NCBI GenBank assembly: GCA_964621445.1
Contig: CAZUNO010000004.1
Span: 1-64,000, forward strand
DNA length: 64,000 bases
Direction of reading: 5' to 3'
From: Candidatus Hadarchaeota archaeon
GTDB lineage: Archaea > CAYQAE01 > CAYVLA01
Made by a program: the position numbers and the translations under genes. The notes beneath the pieces were generated by a model. The model did no database searches. It was not told the DNA's origin and saw only the letters and a program-made list of their open reading frames with translations. This document shows positions 50,555 through 60,219 of the stretch, piece by piece (within the stretch, counting starts at the first letter, position 1; the number at the start of each line of letters is the position of its first letter).

Positions 50555-52837
50555 TTAAAATCGAGTGCACTCGGGTCCTGGTTTCAAAAGGAAAGCCAGG
50601 AAGAATACCAGGGGGACCAGACAGAGTAGAACTGGTTCCGATATCCGGGCCTTGATACGGGCCTCCTGGCGACTTTCCGCGTTACCAGCGGCGTCCACCG
50701 ACCAATAGGAATATAGATGATCACCTTCCAGGGCAGGGAATCCGTCGATTGGATATTCAACGGGTGGAGAACCATTTATGGAGTAGTAGGTCTTATTGAT
50801 ACCTGACCCCGGCGAGGGATCCCTTCCCGATAGACGGATGATAACCGGGTACTCATGCCATTGGGGGCCACCTGAAGGTGATATGGTGGTGGTGGGAGGA
50901 TTGGTGTCCACCCTCACGACAACGGTCCTAGGTATTTCGGTGTTCCCGGCCCGGTCCTGGGACCAGTATGTATAGGTATGGTGGCCCTCAAGAGCCTGTA
51001 TTATGCTCGGACTACGAGGGTCCAGTGTCACTGTGTCTCCTCCATCTATCTGGTAAAATATTAGATCAACCCCCACCCCGGGATGAGGATCATATGGGTA
51101 GAACTTGATATTCGTGGTTTGGTTCCTCCAGGTTTTGTTGGTCCTAGGCCTTACGCTAATCCTGGTGACCGGTGGCCTTGGATTTGCCTCCACGGGTGGC
51201 GAGTAGCTTTGGTATATCTCATACTGCTTGTATTCCCAGACCACATACCCGGTTCTACACTCGGCGGTAGCGTTTATGGAATAGACCCCATCCGGAAACC
51301 CGCTAGTGTTGACGCTGCTGAATGCCCAGTATTGACCTGAGGGCCATGAGAAGTTCTTGGTCCCTGTGACCTCCTCGCGTTTGAGGTAATACGGAGGGGG
51401 CGTGGGCCAGTTCCAGGTTATCGTTGAATTAGGAGGGTCAAAACCCGTATTTTCGTTTTGGCGATCCCTCAGGTATGTAGGGTCAAATTCCAGATTTAAC
51501 CACACGGTGCTTCCCTCCTTAAAGGCACTTCTTGCAGCATCGGAGGCCTTCTCGAGGGATGTGTAGCATTCAATTGCATCGTCGACATAGAAATCCTCGC
51601 CGTGTATTAAGGCCGGGTATTTGAGGGGGTCGGGGACCGACCTGAGCTCGTATGACCCGGCGTACTCGCCGGATGGTGAGTAGAATAGGTCGGTGGGTAT
51701 CATCCCGCTCCAGGTGTAGGTATAGGTACTTCCCTCTACCACCGGATAGCCCGTGATATTCCAGCTAAGATTGGCGATGACCGCCATTTCGCTGGTATGG
51801 TTCCAGAGTCTTAATGTCAAATTGCTGACGTCCTGGTATGGGTTCCCGGGCATACCGCTGTTGATGACCGCCCTGAAAACCACCTTGAAGCTGCTGGGAT
51901 CGAACCACTGACCCTTAGTTGGATATACATCCATCTCCACGTCCACCCAATTTCTGGACAGGATCTTGAACGTTGTCGAGTTCGAGAAGTAGGTTCCATT
52001 GACCACCACCCTGTATTCATGGGTCGCATTGTAGGGGAAGAATGTAGAGTTTATGGTTACCCTATCCTGAACCGCCCATTTTCCCCCACCAGCATAGTAG
52101 ATGGGGGAGCTGCGGTTCATTATCACCTGATTTTGGGTGTCCAGCCAGAGCACGTTGGCCATCGAGCTTCCGGTATCGTTTCCCGGCGGGGATATAATCG
52201 TGGTGATGTTCAGATGCGTTGTCTGGGTGCCTCCATCGATATAGAAAGGCTCATCCCTGCCCAACTGGTCCTCAAGGTATATCGAGGAGTTATATTCCGG
52301 AACCTTGAAGAACATCCACTGCACCGCCGGGTTCCCGGCCGGATGGTCCCAGTGGGAGCCGTTGCCAGGACCGGTCTCATTTATCCTGACCTGGTAGTCA
52401 CCGGGTATCCCCTGGGGGTCAAAGGTGGAAAGGAAGAGCTGGTAGGTCTGTCCGCCAGAGCTCTGGTTGGTTTGGGCGGATATGGTGTTGGACCACAGGG
52501 GCGTGGTTCCTGGAAAAAGGTGGCCGGATGAATTGAATCCGCTGGCCGCGCTTGAGTTATGATACACAAGAAACGTTACGTTGAATGCACCGGTGTCCTG
52601 CTCTGTTCGAACCACGTAGGCCAGGTTGCATTCCGAGAACAGGTATTGAAGTTCTAGTTGGTTACTTACCGTATCGTTATACTGTTTCCAATTTGAAGCG
52701 TCGGTTCCCTTCTCCTTTATCCAGGCGTATTCCTCGATCTGGTAATCGGGGGGAGGCGGTGTGGAGGCCGAGATTGATATCAAGACGCTAATTAGCAGGG
52801 CAACCATAATGAGTACCATAAAGGACTTCGCGGCCAT
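50555..52837 (-). CDS. Large cell-surface glycoprotein with two C-terminal Ig-like repeats and ISE-TM tail
   Basis: Signal peptide; many N-x-S/T sequons; two PP.T...SG....YY.I.G...EG.H...YWS.D.AGN.E repeats; ISEP + TM. Confidence 0.85.
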   Translation of the reverse strand: MAAKSFMVLIMVALLISVLISISASTPPPPDYQIEEYAWIKEKGTDASNWKQYNDTVSNQLELQYLFSECNLAYVVRTEQDTGAFNVTFLVYHNSSAASGFNSSGHLFPGTTPLWSNTISAQTNQSSGGQTYQLFLSTFDPQGIPGDYQVRINETGPGNGSHWDHPAGNPAVQWMFFKVPEYNSSIYLEDQLGRDEPFYIDGGTQTTHLNITTIISPPGNDTGSSMANVLWLDTQNQVIMNRSSPIYYAGGGKWAVQDRVTINSTFFPYNATHEYRVVVNGTYFSNSTTFKILSRNWVDVEMDVYPTKGQWFDPSSFKVVFRAVINSGMPGNPYQDVSNLTLRLWNHTSEMAVIANLSWNITGYPVVEGSTYTYTWSGMIPTDLFYSPSGEYAGSYELRSVPDPLKYPALIHGEDFYVDDAIECYTSLEKASDAARSAFKEGSTVWLNLEFDPTYLRDRQNENTGFDPPNSTITWNWPTPPPYYLKREEVTGTKNFSWPSGQYWAFSSVNTSGFPDGVYSINATAECRTGYVVWEYKQYEIYQSYSPPVEANPRPPVTRISVRPRTNKTWRNQTTNIKFYPYDPHPGVGVDLIFYQIDGGDTVTLDPRSPSIIQALEGHHTYTYWSQDRAGNTEIPRTVVVRVDTNPPTTTISPSGGPQWHEYPVIIRLSGRDPSPGSGINKTYYSINGSPPVEYPIDGFPALEGDHLYSYWSVDAAGNAESRQEARIKARISEPVLLCLVPLVFFLAFLLKPGPECTRF

Positions 52838-52961
52838 GGAGGAATGGATCTCCCGGTGTTTTGCACCATCATACCCTTGGCTAACGTAGATGATAAAGCC
52901 TTTCTCCCTGGCAGGGTGTTTCCATTTGATTCGTGCCTTCTGGCTATGGTTTTCGCAAAAC

Positions 52962-54401
52962 CTACGGGAAGTCAGAGGGCAGCTGGACCCTATCGCCCGT
53001 CTTTTCTTGCCAATCCAGGATTTTCTCCCTGAGCTCCAGCATCAGGTCGGCGTTATCCTTGCGGTGTGCCAGATTTTCGGTCTCCCACGGGTCATCCCGG
53101 AGGTTGTATAGCTCGTGTTCTCCCATGGGTGAGCAGTTGAACTTCCAGCCCTCAGGGGTGATGACCGTTCTGATGGGGTCCTCAACCGCGGTCTTGGCCC
53201 TTTCCCGGGTTATTCCCTCCAGGGACATCTTCCCAACCCCGGTGTTGCGGCCATTCCACTCCACAAATACGTCGTCCTGAACCTCGACATCGCCTTCCAT
53301 GGCCGGCTTCAAGCTCTTGCCCTGCATATCTCCGGGGATCTTCTCCCCCATTATGTCCAGAAGGGTGGGAAGCAGGTCTATCTGGCTTACGGGATTCTCT
53401 ATGGTCTTTGACTCCTTTTGTCCCGGCATCTTGACTATCATGGGGACCTTGAGGGCCTCCTCGTACATCACGGTCTTGGCAAGCAGACGGTGGCTACCCA
53501 TCATATCCCCGTGATCCGAGGTGAAGACGACGATGGTGTCATCGTATAGATCGCACTCCTTAAGGGTGTCGATTATCTTCCCCGAGTAGGTATCCACTAG
53601 GCTACAAAGGCCCCAGTAATTGGCGATGAGCTGACGCCAGCTCTCCTCGGATTTAAGCGAATAGCTGGAGAACCCCTTGTCCCTGTAGGTGGTGAATATG
53701 GATTGGGGTTTTGGGTGGTTATCCTCGGTTGGAGGGTTGTCGAAGTTGGGAGGAAGATCCACATCCTCAGCATTGTACTGATCGTTTCTGGGGCTCTGGA
53801 AAGGCATATGGGGTTCAAGAAAATTCACGAAAAGGACGAAGTCCTCGTCCTGGTTCTCCCGGATGAACCTTGAGGCCTCCCGAGCCAGGTATGCTGGTTT
53901 TCCGTACCTCTCGGGCAGCAAAGCGCAGGTTCCCCTAGAGAAGCGATCGCCGTTCCTGGGCTGGAAGCCTTGCTCAACTAGGAAATGGTAGTAGGTGGAG
54001 CGGGCGTCCTGGTCCTTGTCCGGCCTGTAATACTTGGCATATCCGTCCTCGATGCTGCGCCATTCGTCAAATCCGTGCTGATTGAATATCTCGTCCCCAA
54101 GGTGCCATTTTCCATGGTAGCCGGATACGTATTTGCCATCCGGTAGCATCTCAGGTATGCAGTCCACATCCTTGGGGAGGGGTATGTTATTGGCGAGACA
54201 ACCGTTGGTGTGCGGATAGAGACCGCTTAGAAGAGTGGACCTGGAAGGGGTGCACACCGGCTGGGTGACATATGATTTTTCGAACACGCAACCATGGGAG
54301 GCCAGTCTGTTTAGGTTGGGCATTTCGATTTTACTGTTGCCGTAGGCCGCAAGGGTGTTGAATTTCTGCTCATCCGTAAACAGAAATAAAAGGTTTGGCA
54401 T
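52962..54401 (-). CDS. Cys-type sulfatase
   Basis: PNLLFLFTDEQ, CTPSR, GKWHLG, PH.P, SDHGDM.G.H, ELYNL..DPWE..NL. Confidence 0.95.
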   Translation of the reverse strand: MPNLLFLFTDEQKFNTLAAYGNSKIEMPNLNRLASHGCVFEKSYVTQPVCTPSRSTLLSGLYPHTNGCLANNIPLPKDVDCIPEMLPDGKYVSGYHGKWHLGDEIFNQHGFDEWRSIEDGYAKYYRPDKDQDARSTYYHFLVEQGFQPRNGDRFSRGTCALLPERYGKPAYLAREASRFIRENQDEDFVLFVNFLEPHMPFQSPRNDQYNAEDVDLPPNFDNPPTEDNHPKPQSIFTTYRDKGFSSYSLKSEESWRQLIANYWGLCSLVDTYSGKIIDTLKECDLYDDTIVVFTSDHGDMMGSHRLLAKTVMYEEALKVPMIVKMPGQKESKTIENPVSQIDLLPTLLDIMGEKIPGDMQGKSLKPAMEGDVEVQDDVFVEWNGRNTGVGKMSLEGITRERAKTAVEDPIRTVITPEGWKFNCSPMGEHELYNLRDDPWETENLAHRKDNADLMLELREKILDWQEKTGDRVQLPSDFP

Positions 54402-54486
54402 GGGAATTCAAGAACCCACAGAACAACGTTGCACTTATATGTTTAAGGGATCCCAAGCAGGGTCATACAATTCCCGGCAAGGGCAT

Positions 54487-55431
54487 ATGGAAGGCGCTAA
54501 GATGATTAACAAGGGTAATGAGCAGGCTTGGTCACAATACGTGACGGTGATGAGGCCCGATAAGGACGAGCCCGACTGGTGGGCAGGAGCCCCCTCCATT
54601 GCCATGGGTCCCGATGGAAGGACCTTCATGGCGGTCAGAATGAGGGAGGCTCTCTCTCCTCGTGGCAGAAGAGGATATGAGGTACGGATTCTAGACAGCG
54701 ATGACGGAATCGCTTTCAATAAAAATAAGGGGTTGAAGCGGGAGGATGTGCCAATCGAGGGCTTCGAGAGGCCATCCTTGCTTTACAACTCAGTGATGGA
54801 CAAGTTTCGAATATATCTTTGCGGTCCGTGGCCCTACGAGGGAGAGGGAAATTGGTGTATTCTCAGGCTGGAGGATGTAGCCGACCCCGGTGACTTCGAT
54901 CCCTCCACCGCGCGGCCCGTTCTCTGTCCCGACCCCCCGCAGGGCGAGCGGGATTACGGGGTGAAGGGGTACAAGGATCCTTTCGTTTGGTTTGATGGGG
55001 AACGCTACCACATGTTGGTGATAGGCTACCACCCGGAAAGGACCTACCAATTCATATCCGAAGACGGTGATGATTGGAAAAGAGTTGGCGATGGACCGTG
55101 GTTCGATCTCGGAGGATGGCACACCTTCTACACCCGGCCGGCATGTATACTTCCCATGGGGGCGGGCTGGCTCTTGGTGTACGAGGGTTCCCACCCGGAG
55201 TGGTTTGACCCTCCCTACAACATAGCCACCGGCCTGGCCTGGACCCCTGATATGAGGTCGGTGGTGGACTTGACGCCCGAAAGTCCCTATCTAAAGAGCT
55301 CGACGCCCGGTCGTTACCACACCTGGAGATATTCCTACTGGATGTGGAGGGAGAGCAGACTCTGGGTCTACGCGGAGGCAGCATGCCCCAACGACACCAA
55401 CGAGGTCAGGCTTTACAGATTGGACCTATAA
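54487..55431 (+). CDS. Five-bladed beta-propeller glycosidase-like protein (GH43/GH32/GH130-like fold)
   Basis: WAGAPS, ERPSL, KDP.V, S.DG..W motifs. Confidence 0.65.
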   Translation: MEGAKMINKGNEQAWSQYVTVMRPDKDEPDWWAGAPSIAMGPDGRTFMAVRMREALSPRGRRGYEVRILDSDDGIAFNKNKGLKREDVPIEGFERPSLLYNSVMDKFRIYLCGPWPYEGEGNWCILRLEDVADPGDFDPSTARPVLCPDPPQGERDYGVKGYKDPFVWFDGERYHMLVIGYHPERTYQFISEDGDDWKRVGDGPWFDLGGWHTFYTRPACILPMGAGWLLVYEGSHPEWFDPPYNIATGLAWTPDMRSVVDLTPESPYLKSSTPGRYHTWRYSYWMWRESRLWVYAEAACPNDTNEVRLYRLDL

Positions 55432-55450
55432 TGCGATAATATAGCGGGGG

Positions 55451-56938
55451 TTAATTGCACCTGGTCCACCAGGAGTGGTACTCGGAGTTCAATTCCCCAA
55501 CGATCTTTGGGTGTTTATCGGCCAGGTTATTAGTTTCCGTCCTGTCCTTTTCCATATCGTAGAGCTCCCAGCCGCTCTGTCCCTCGACAACGATCTTCCA
55601 CCTTCCCTTTCTAACGGCGCGGCCGCGTCTCCATTGGAAGTTCAGGGGGCCACGTTCCGGAATCCTTTCACCTTTTAGAATGGGCACCAAGCTGACCCCC
55701 TCTGGGGGCAGTACCTTTTCATCACCCCTCTTCTTGGGGTAGCTGGCCCGGGCCACCTCGGTGAGGGTAGGCATGATGTCTATGAAGTGGCAGGGCTGGT
55801 GGTTGAATCTGCCCGAGTCGGATATCCCATTGGGCCAGTTAGCTATCAGTGGAGTGCAGATACCGCCCTGGAAGCTGTAATTCTTGTAAAATCGATAAGG
55901 CGTGTTGCTCACATTGGCCCAGTCGGGACCTAGCGATGTCCACCGGCTTATGGACCCTATGGGCCCATAGTCATTTTCCAGGTGTACCACCTCTGCGGAG
56001 CACCCGTTATCGGAGGCGAAGATTACCAAGGTGTTGTCCTCCTCCCCCATTTCCCGTATTTTGTCCAGCACCTTTCCTATATTCTGGTCCATGCGGTCTA
56101 TCATGGCCGCGTAGACAGCCATCTTGAGGGCTTCATCCTCCTTCTCGTCCGGTTCAAGGGAGTTCCATAATTTGTAACCTGGATCCGAAAGAGGCCAGGA
56201 TTCATCGATAAGACCCATATCTCTCTGCCGTTCGTATCTCCGGGCCCTTATCTCCCCGTATCCAACCGTGTATTCATCCCGGTACTTCTCAATATCCCGG
56301 GGCCAGGCCTGTAGCGGGTCGTGGGGAGCGGTGAATGGGAGGTAAAGGAAGAAGGGGTTTCCCTGATGGTCCTCTTGGTGCTGGTCCAGAAATTTCAGGG
56401 CATATTTACCAAAGTAATCCGTGGTATAGAAATCCCTCTTCTCGGGCGTGTAGGGTTGCAGGGTCTTATCCTCTATACACCAGTAGCGGGCGGCTGGTTT
56501 CTTCTGGGCTGGCAAGGGTTCGCCTGCCCTGGGCCTTCCCGGGTTGAAGTAGTTGCAGCATCCGTCCCGAAGACCAAAGTAGTGGTCAAATCCCCTGTGG
56601 ATCAGGTTTTCCTTGTTGTGGTGCTTTCCTGACGCGTAGGTCTGGTATCCGGAGCTTCCGAGAACCTCCCCCAGGGTAACGGCGTTTTGAAAGGGCTCCT
56701 GGCCACCGCCAACCTGGTGGTGGTAAAGCCCGGTCAATAGACAGGCACGCGAAGGAGCGCACTTCGAGGTGTTGTGAGCCTGGGTGAATCTTACCCCATT
56801 CTCCCCCAGCTTATTCAGATTTGGGGTATCGATCTCGCCCCCATAACAGCCGATATCCGACCAACCCAGGTCATCGGCAAGTATAACTAGTATATTCGGC
56901 CTGTTCCCGTCCCCTAGGGAGCTATTGTCATCGCTCAT
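55451..56938 (-). CDS. Arylsulfatase (AtsA-like, Cys-type)
   Basis: PNILVILADDLGWSD, CAPSRA.LLTG, GKHH, TAPH.PLQA, SDNG, WELYD...DRTE. Confidence 0.95.
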   Translation of the reverse strand: MSDDNSSLGDGNRPNILVILADDLGWSDIGCYGGEIDTPNLNKLGENGVRFTQAHNTSKCAPSRACLLTGLYHHQVGGGQEPFQNAVTLGEVLGSSGYQTYASGKHHNKENLIHRGFDHYFGLRDGCCNYFNPGRPRAGEPLPAQKKPAARYWCIEDKTLQPYTPEKRDFYTTDYFGKYALKFLDQHQEDHQGNPFFLYLPFTAPHDPLQAWPRDIEKYRDEYTVGYGEIRARRYERQRDMGLIDESWPLSDPGYKLWNSLEPDEKEDEALKMAVYAAMIDRMDQNIGKVLDKIREMGEEDNTLVIFASDNGCSAEVVHLENDYGPIGSISRWTSLGPDWANVSNTPYRFYKNYSFQGGICTPLIANWPNGISDSGRFNHQPCHFIDIMPTLTEVARASYPKKRGDEKVLPPEGVSLVPILKGERIPERGPLNFQWRRGRAVRKGRWKIVVEGQSGWELYDMEKDRTETNNLADKHPKIVGELNSEYHSWWTRCN

Positions 56939-57041
56939 GTGGCATGTTTTGTGGGGTTGAATCTTAAATCTCACTTGAGTTGCCTCGGATGAGAGATATA
57001 TATGACCGGGGGTGGAGGTAGTGGTAAGCGGTGAAGGACAC

Positions 57042-59075
57042 ATGCCCGCCCAGAGAACCATAGTAACCTCAGCATTACCATACGCAAACGGCGACATACA
57101 TTTGGGCCATCTATGCAGTACCTATATCCCCGCGGATGTTTACACCCGGTTCCTGAGGATATCTGGTCACGAGGTGGTATACGTCTGTGGGGCCGACGAA
57201 CATGGTACTCCGATAGAGATGTCGGCCAGGGAGAGGGGAATGGACCCCAGCGATCATGCTAGTTACTTCCGGCAGAGACAGCTCAATGATCTGGAGAGCA
57301 TGAACATCGAGTTTGATAACTACCACCGGACCCACTCCGAGCAGAACAGGATAATGACCGAGAACTTTCTCCTAAAGATGAGGGAGAACGGGTATATAGA
57401 TTCACGGGAAGTGGAATCCTATTACTGTGAAATTGATGATAAGTATCTCCCGGACCGATTTGTACTGGGTACCTGTCCCTATTGCGGCGCGGATGATCAG
57501 TATAGCGACGTATGTGAGAAATGTCAAAGGGCCCTGGAGCCGGGGGAGATCAAGAACCCGAGATGCGCGATTTGCGGGCAGCCCCCGGTTACCCGAAGCA
57601 CCAGGCACTTCTTCTTCAGACTATCGGATTTCTCGGAAAATCTGAAACAGTGGCTTGGGAACAAACCGAGCCAGGATTTTCCCTCAGGCGTAGTTAACCA
57701 CATACTGGGTTGGATTAAGGGCGGTCTGAAGGACTGGGATATAACCCGTGAGGATTATTGGGGATTCAAGCTTCCATATCCCGATGCCAGCGAGGAGCAA
57801 TATGCATATGTGTGGGTGGACGCTCCCATATGCTATTTCTCGTCCTTCATAGAATGGGCAAGGAGACAGGATTCCAGCCAGGAGAAGTGGCTGGAAGATC
57901 CGGATACCCGACTGGTTCATTTCATCGGCAAGGACATAATTCAACATCATCTGATATTCTGGCCGGCAATGCTCATGGCGGTTGGGAAGTACGTGCTCCC
58001 AAGCAAATACGTGGTTAACGGGTATATCTCTCTGGAAGGCAGGAAGATGAGCAAGAGCAGGGGCTGGTATATCCCGGTCCAGAGATCGGTTTCCCGGTAC
58101 CCAGCGGATTACCTTCGGTTCTATCTCTCATACAAGGCATCAAACTCCATGGTGGACTCCAACTTCAGCTGGGAGGAGTTCCAGGATAGGGTCAACAAGG
58201 AGCTGGCTGACAACATCGGAAACTTCGTTCACCGAGTATTCACCTTCACCTACAATAACTTTGGGGGAAAGATACCACAGCCCGCGGAATTAAATGAGAG
58301 GGATCGGGAATTCGATAACCACCGGAGGAAGATGTCGGAAAGGCTCAGGGAGCATTACCGGAGCTGTAAGTCATCAAGGGTTGTGCAGACCCTGGTAGAG
58401 GACTTCATGGTGGCAAACCGTTATTTCAACGATAAGAAGCCCTGGAAGGCGGTCAAGACCAGTCGCTCTGATGCGGCCACCACACTCTATCTCTGCCTTG
58501 AGTTCTTGAGAACTGCCACTGCCTTCCTCTACCCAATCATACCCGAGACTGCGGAGAAGATATGGTTTCATCTGGGGCAGGAGGTGTCGATTTCCAGGTG
58601 CCATCCCCTCTCCGAAGGGAGCACGGTAAGCATCACTCCCGGAAATGAGATACCGGAACCCGTACCTCTTATCGAAAAGATAGAGGACGATAAGATTGAA
58701 GAGGAGTCGAAGTGGCTTGAAGGAGAACATGAGGAGGAGAAGCAGGTGAAGGAAGATCTGATTGATATAAAGGATTTCAAGAATCTGGACATTCGAATAG
58801 GAAAGGTATTGGATGTAGAGGAGGTCGAGGGTTCCCGGAACCTGCTAAAGCTAACCGTGGACATGGGCGAGGAAAGAACCCTGGTCGCGGGACTTGCCGG
58901 GCACTACGGACCAGACGAGCTGATAGGGCGCAGCATCACCGTGCTGACCAACCTCAAACCCGCCAAGATATTCGGCGTGGAGTCCCAGGGGATGCTGTTG
59001 GCAGCGGTGGATGGTGACCGGGTTTCGGTTCTGGTGCCCGATAAGGACGTGTCGCCGGGGACTGGGATTGAGTAA
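57042..59075 (+). CDS. metG: Methionine--tRNA ligase with C-terminal tRNA-binding domain
   Basis: ALPYANG..HLGH, Zn-knuckle cysteines, KMSKS, C-terminal OB (N.KP....GVESQGMLLA). Confidence 0.98.
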   Translation: MPAQRTIVTSALPYANGDIHLGHLCSTYIPADVYTRFLRISGHEVVYVCGADEHGTPIEMSARERGMDPSDHASYFRQRQLNDLESMNIEFDNYHRTHSEQNRIMTENFLLKMRENGYIDSREVESYYCEIDDKYLPDRFVLGTCPYCGADDQYSDVCEKCQRALEPGEIKNPRCAICGQPPVTRSTRHFFFRLSDFSENLKQWLGNKPSQDFPSGVVNHILGWIKGGLKDWDITREDYWGFKLPYPDASEEQYAYVWVDAPICYFSSFIEWARRQDSSQEKWLEDPDTRLVHFIGKDIIQHHLIFWPAMLMAVGKYVLPSKYVVNGYISLEGRKMSKSRGWYIPVQRSVSRYPADYLRFYLSYKASNSMVDSNFSWEEFQDRVNKELADNIGNFVHRVFTFTYNNFGGKIPQPAELNERDREFDNHRRKMSERLREHYRSCKSSRVVQTLVEDFMVANRYFNDKKPWKAVKTSRSDAATTLYLCLEFLRTATAFLYPIIPETAEKIWFHLGQEVSISRCHPLSEGSTVSITPGNEIPEPVPLIEKIEDDKIEEESKWLEGEHEEEKQVKEDLIDIKDFKNLDIRIGKVLDVEEVEGSRNLLKLTVDMGEERTLVAGLAGHYGPDELIGRSITVLTNLKPAKIFGVESQGMLLAAVDGDRVSVLVPDKDVSPGTGIE

Positions 59076-59727
59076 GGGACTCGAATATGACATGCACGTT
59101 CACACCCATTACTCCAGGGATGGTAGGGATTCACCTCGCGCTATGGTGTGCGCGGCCTCGAAAGCGGGCCTGGCCGGAATTGCAATAACGGACCACAACA
59201 CCCAGGATGGTATTAGGGAGGCCGTGGAAGCTGGCGAGGAGTTCGGAGTGGAGGTAATACCCGGAATCGAGGTGTCATGCCTGGAAGGCCATGTTCTGCT
59301 ATATGGAAGTCCCAGCTTCGATCTTCCCGGTGAAAGGACCGTCTCCGGCGTAATCCAGGCGGCGAGGTCCAGCATGCCTGGGTGCCTGGTGGCCGTGGCC
59401 CATCCATTTGATTTGCACCGATCGGGAATGGGCTGGAAGGCCAAGGACTACGATTTCGATGCGGTTGAAACGGTAAACTCTCGTTCCTTGGTCCCTCGCA
59501 GCATGGTGCTACCTCTTTGTCGTGAGATGGACGTGGGTGAAATCGGTGGCTCCGATGCTCATAGCGTTCATGCGGTGGGCAAGGGAAGGACCATAGTCTC
59601 TTCTAGAAGCGGTAACCTATTGGAACGAATGGAAAGTTCTGCCCGGGTCAGGGGTGGTCTTGACGCGATAAGCTTATTCGTACCCATGATGGAAAGGATG
59701 GTTGGAGATGGAAGAATACGTGGATGA
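59068..59727 (+). CDS. PHP-domain phosphoesterase
   Basis: DMHVHT.YS.DG, AITDHN, PGIEVS, AHP, GGSDAH. Confidence 0.92.
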   Translation: MSKGLEYDMHVHTHYSRDGRDSPRAMVCAASKAGLAGIAITDHNTQDGIREAVEAGEEFGVEVIPGIEVSCLEGHVLLYGSPSFDLPGERTVSGVIQAARSSMPGCLVAVAHPFDLHRSGMGWKAKDYDFDAVETVNSRSLVPRSMVLPLCREMDVGEIGGSDAHSVHAVGKGRTIVSSRSGNLLERMESSARVRGGLDAISLFVPMMERMVGDGRIRG

Positions 59728-60214
59728 GATTAGGGAAAGGGTTTCCGAGATCAGGATCGTGGGGGTAGGGGACGCGGACTTGGGAAACGTGGACGATCTG
59801 CTCTCCAATCTCCTTGATCTTGGCGATTTCCAGATCCTGGATGGGAATATGGTGTTGGGCAGGGAGCACGTTAGGTTCGCGGTAATGGAGGCGGTCAGGT
59901 GCTACCTGAGGGGAGAGTCAATAACCGAAAGCCTTAGCATGGAGGTCCTGGTGAAAGCGGCCTGCACCACCCAGATATCGGATGCCATAGATCTTCTCGG
60001 GGTGAAGCGGAGCAGCACCAATCTGGTACTGGTGGGGATTGATGTATCGGAAAAGGATCTGGAAAAGGCAGTCAGCCTGACAAGGGGACATTTGTCGGAA
60101 GGATCATTCATGGCGAATCCGGAAAAGAAAACGAGGTTAAGGAAGAGCCTGGGGTTATCGGAACCTCTGGAGAAATCCTTGATAGAAAGGATCGCCATGT
60201 CCGGAATACGCTAG
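59708..60214 (+). CDS. cgi121: KEOPS complex subunit Cgi121
   Basis: H...A...A......G..I...LS.E.L..AA...QI..A....G pattern; C-terminal ERIA. Confidence 0.82.
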   Translation: MEEYVDEIRERVSEIRIVGVGDADLGNVDDLLSNLLDLGDFQILDGNMVLGREHVRFAVMEAVRCYLRGESITESLSMEVLVKAACTTQISDAIDLLGVKRSSTNLVLVGIDVSEKDLEKAVSLTRGHLSEGSFMANPEKKTRLRKSLGLSEPLEKSLIERIAMSGIR

Positions 60215-60219
60215 TAAGC

